Shown: piece by piece, positions 1 through 29,971 of the stretch | Position numbering within the stretch: the first letter of the stretch is position 1 | Layout of the letters: each line of letters opens with the position of its first letter | UHGV virus genome: UHGV-0101099 | DNA length: 29,971 nt | DNA from: a virus | Direction: 5' to 3' (one strand) | Notes under the pieces: generated by a model | The model's database searches: none | The model's input: only the letters and a program-made list of their open reading frames with translations | What the model was told of the DNA's origin: nothing | Made by a program: the position numbers and the translations under genes

Positions 1-1
1 G

Positions 2-8
2 ACTGTTC
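2..8. repeat. attL core, ACTGTTC, identical to 29233..29239
   Basis: Exact 7-mer shared with right junction; followed by phage-type AT-rich sequence. Confidence 0.6.
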
Positions 9-22
9 GTAGTCATGCAAGA

Positions 23-39
23 ATGTACACCGCAGTAAA
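23..39. promoter_or_regulatory. Putative recombinase half-site (P' arm), ATGTACACCGCAGTAAA
   Basis: Inverted repeat of 29207..29223 (reverse complement ATGTACACCACAGTTAA), 15 of 17 matching, flanking the core. Confidence 0.5.
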
Positions 40-49
40 AAGGATAAAA

Positions 50-22346
<22,297 letters not shown>

Positions 22347-22348
22347 CA

Positions 22349-22387
<39 letters not shown>

Positions 22388-22388
22388 C

Positions 22389-23196
<808 letters not shown>

Positions 23197-23213
23197 ATTT
23201 GTTTTTATTTTAC

Positions 23214-23266
<53 letters not shown>

Positions 23267-23267
23267 T

Positions 23268-24541
<1,274 letters not shown>

Positions 24542-24543
<2 letters not shown>

Positions 24544-24870
24544 ATAGTGTCTGTAGTACATACAGGATCTCTTCATCACTTAGAAAGCACTGTATCAACG
24601 CCTCAATAGTAAGGAAGTGATGCGGTTTAATCTGACAGTATTTATGATAAAGTTGTTTTAATTCATTGATTAGGCTTTCTGGTGATGCATGTTGATACAA
24701 ATCACATATTTCGAGGCCATCATTAGTGATACGAATACCGTTATAGTGTAGATACACTTCATTACCCCATTTAGTACCATTACCTGTACTATCATAGAAG
24801 AATGCAACCTTAAGGCCGTTGTACTTTCCAGTATTGTGTATTATTTGTTTAAATCCGGTTTCCGCTTCTG
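24542..24870 (-). CDS. Hypothetical protein, frameshifted near 24845
   Basis: Listed ORF 24542..24757 continues upstream in frame to about 24850; ATG at 24870 in a shifted frame. Confidence 0.4.
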
Positions 24871-24874
24871 ATTT

Positions 24875-25069
24875 TCATTTTTTATCCTTAATAATTTTAT
24901 ATTTCAGTACATCATTATAGTTATAAACTTCCAGTTCATAGGGATAGTTATCAATACACCAGAATTGTATTGCATTGATGTACCCCCATTCGTGATATTG
25001 TAGATAGTTATAGTACGGCGTGATGATTGTCAAACCGTCTTTGTGTCTGAGTTTAACTATATATTCCAT
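24875..25069 (-). CDS. Small hypothetical protein
   Basis: 64-aa aromatic-rich ORF, first gene of the operon. Confidence 0.45.
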   Translation of the reverse strand: MEYIVKLRHKDGLTIITPYYNYLQYHEWGYINAIQFWCIDNYPYELEVYNYNDVLKYKIIKDKK

Positions 25070-25081
25070 GTTTATTTATCC

Positions 25082-25125
<44 letters not shown>

Positions 25126-25184
25126 TCCCTTGCCCGTTTTTATGTGCGTATCCATTCACTAAATGCATATATAATGGCGTATCT

Positions 25185-25237
<53 letters not shown>

Positions 25238-25238
25238 G

Positions 25239-25412
<174 letters not shown>

Positions 25413-25420
25413 AGTGAAAA

Positions 25421-27200
<1,780 letters not shown>

Positions 27201-27206
27201 GACTCC

Positions 27207-27272
<66 letters not shown>

Positions 27273-27305
27273 AATATTAAGGAGAATTTAATTTAACTAC
27301 AAAAC

Positions 27306-27342
<37 letters not shown>

Positions 27343-27356
27343 TTCTTTTTACATAT

Positions 27357-29193
<1,837 letters not shown>

Positions 29194-29206
29194 TTACTTA
29201 CCTCCA

Positions 29207-29223
29207 TTAACTGTGGTGTACAT
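29207..29223. promoter_or_regulatory. Putative recombinase half-site (P arm), TTAACTGTGGTGTACAT
   Basis: Inverted repeat of 23..39. Confidence 0.5.
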
Positions 29224-29232
29224 CATAACATA

Positions 29233-29239
29233 ACTGTTC
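29233..29239. repeat. attR core, ACTGTTC
   Basis: Identical to 2..8; sits exactly at the switch from AT-rich phage to GC-rich host sequence. Confidence 0.6.
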
Positions 29240-29921
29240 ATTGCTGCTGATGGGGCCGCAGTGGCGTTCGCGTCTCGATCGTGAAGCCAGCCTGCTGGGT
29301 CACAGTGGTTGCCGTATTGGCGGTAACGATCTGGACATCGCACTGGCGTTTAAAAACCTGATGCCGTTACTGGGCATGGGTGGCGAAACCGAAAAAGGCA
29401 TCGCCCTGCCGATTCTGCCGTGGTGGAATGCGGTTGCCATCAACGACGTACCTGCGCAGAGTGATTTCTACAGTAGTGCCAACGGTCGTCTGCTTAACGA
29501 TCTGGTACGCGATGCCCGCGAACCGGAAAAAGTGGCCCTGCTACAGAAAGTCTGGCGTCAGCGTTTAAGCTATCGCCTGGTGCGTAGCGCAGAAGAGTGC
29601 AAAATTGCTCTTTCAAGCGTAGCGGAAACCCGCGCCTCACTGCCGTTTATCAGCGATGAACTGGCTACGCTGATTAGCCAGCAAGGGCTGGAAAGCGCCC
29701 TCAGCCAGCCACTGGCGCGGATTCTGGAACAGGTGCAACTGGCCCTGGATAACGCCCAGGAAAAACCGGACGTTATCTACCTGACCGGCGGTAGCGCCCG
29801 TTCGCCGCTGATTAAAAAAGCGCTGGCAGAACAGTTGCCGGGAATTCCGATTGCAGGCGGCGATGACTTTGGCTCCGTCACCGCCGGGCTGGCACGCTGG
29901 GCGGAAGTGGTGTTTCGTTAA
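29234..29921 (+). CDS. yegD: 3' portion of an Hsp70-family host gene (YegD-like), interrupted by the prophage
   Basis: GC-rich; translation ...LLLMGPQWRSRLDREASLLGHSG...LTGGSARSPLIKKALAEQLPGIPIAGGDDFGSVTAGLARWAEVVFR recalled as the YegD C-terminal half; no start codon context at the junction. Confidence 0.7.
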
Positions 29922-29971
29922 AAGAAAATGGCTCAGCAGCGGCTTAAATCTGCCTGCGCCTGAGCCAGTTT

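Noticed and set aside
29380-29568. 62-aa plus-strand ORF in the GC-rich flank
   Set aside because: Alternative frame inside the yegD-like reading frame
29930-29967. Inverted repeat GGCTCAG...CTGAGCC after the host gene
   Set aside because: Could be a host terminator or REP-like element but it is cut by the window end and has a long loop; too little context

Overview
Almost the entire window (about 1..29239) is one AT-rich prophage-like element; a GC-rich host gene fragment follows from 29234, which I recognise from memory as the 3' half of an Hsp70-family gene like E. coli yegD. The element ends on the right with a large serine recombinase (27628..29193) next to the junction. The same 7-bp core ACTGTTC sits at 2..8 and 29233..29239, with inverted recombinase-type half-sites just inside each end, so the window appears to run from attL to attR. 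Gene content, all on the minus strand apart from two cassettes: lambda-like packaging (Nu1-like small terminase, GpA-like large terminase, a cos-like palindrome), lambda-family portal, a prohead protease-acidic linker-HK97-like capsid fusion, a siphovirus tail module (major tail protein, chaperone pair, tape measure, minor tail proteins, J-like central fibre of about 1200 aa, side fibre with C-terminal S74-type chaperone domain) and a T4-type lysozyme. Between the packaging genes and the integrase lies an accessory region: a plus-strand two-gene membrane-protein cassette with its own promoter and terminator, a small-gene operon, an 860-bp ORF-free region with a tRNA-Gly-like element, an AP2-domain protein and a small ribbon-helix-helix ORF. 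Most long structural genes are split across frames by apparent single-base indels, which is either assembly error or prophage decay. No replication module or CI/Cro-type repressor is recognisable. All homology statements are from reading motifs by eye, not from searches.
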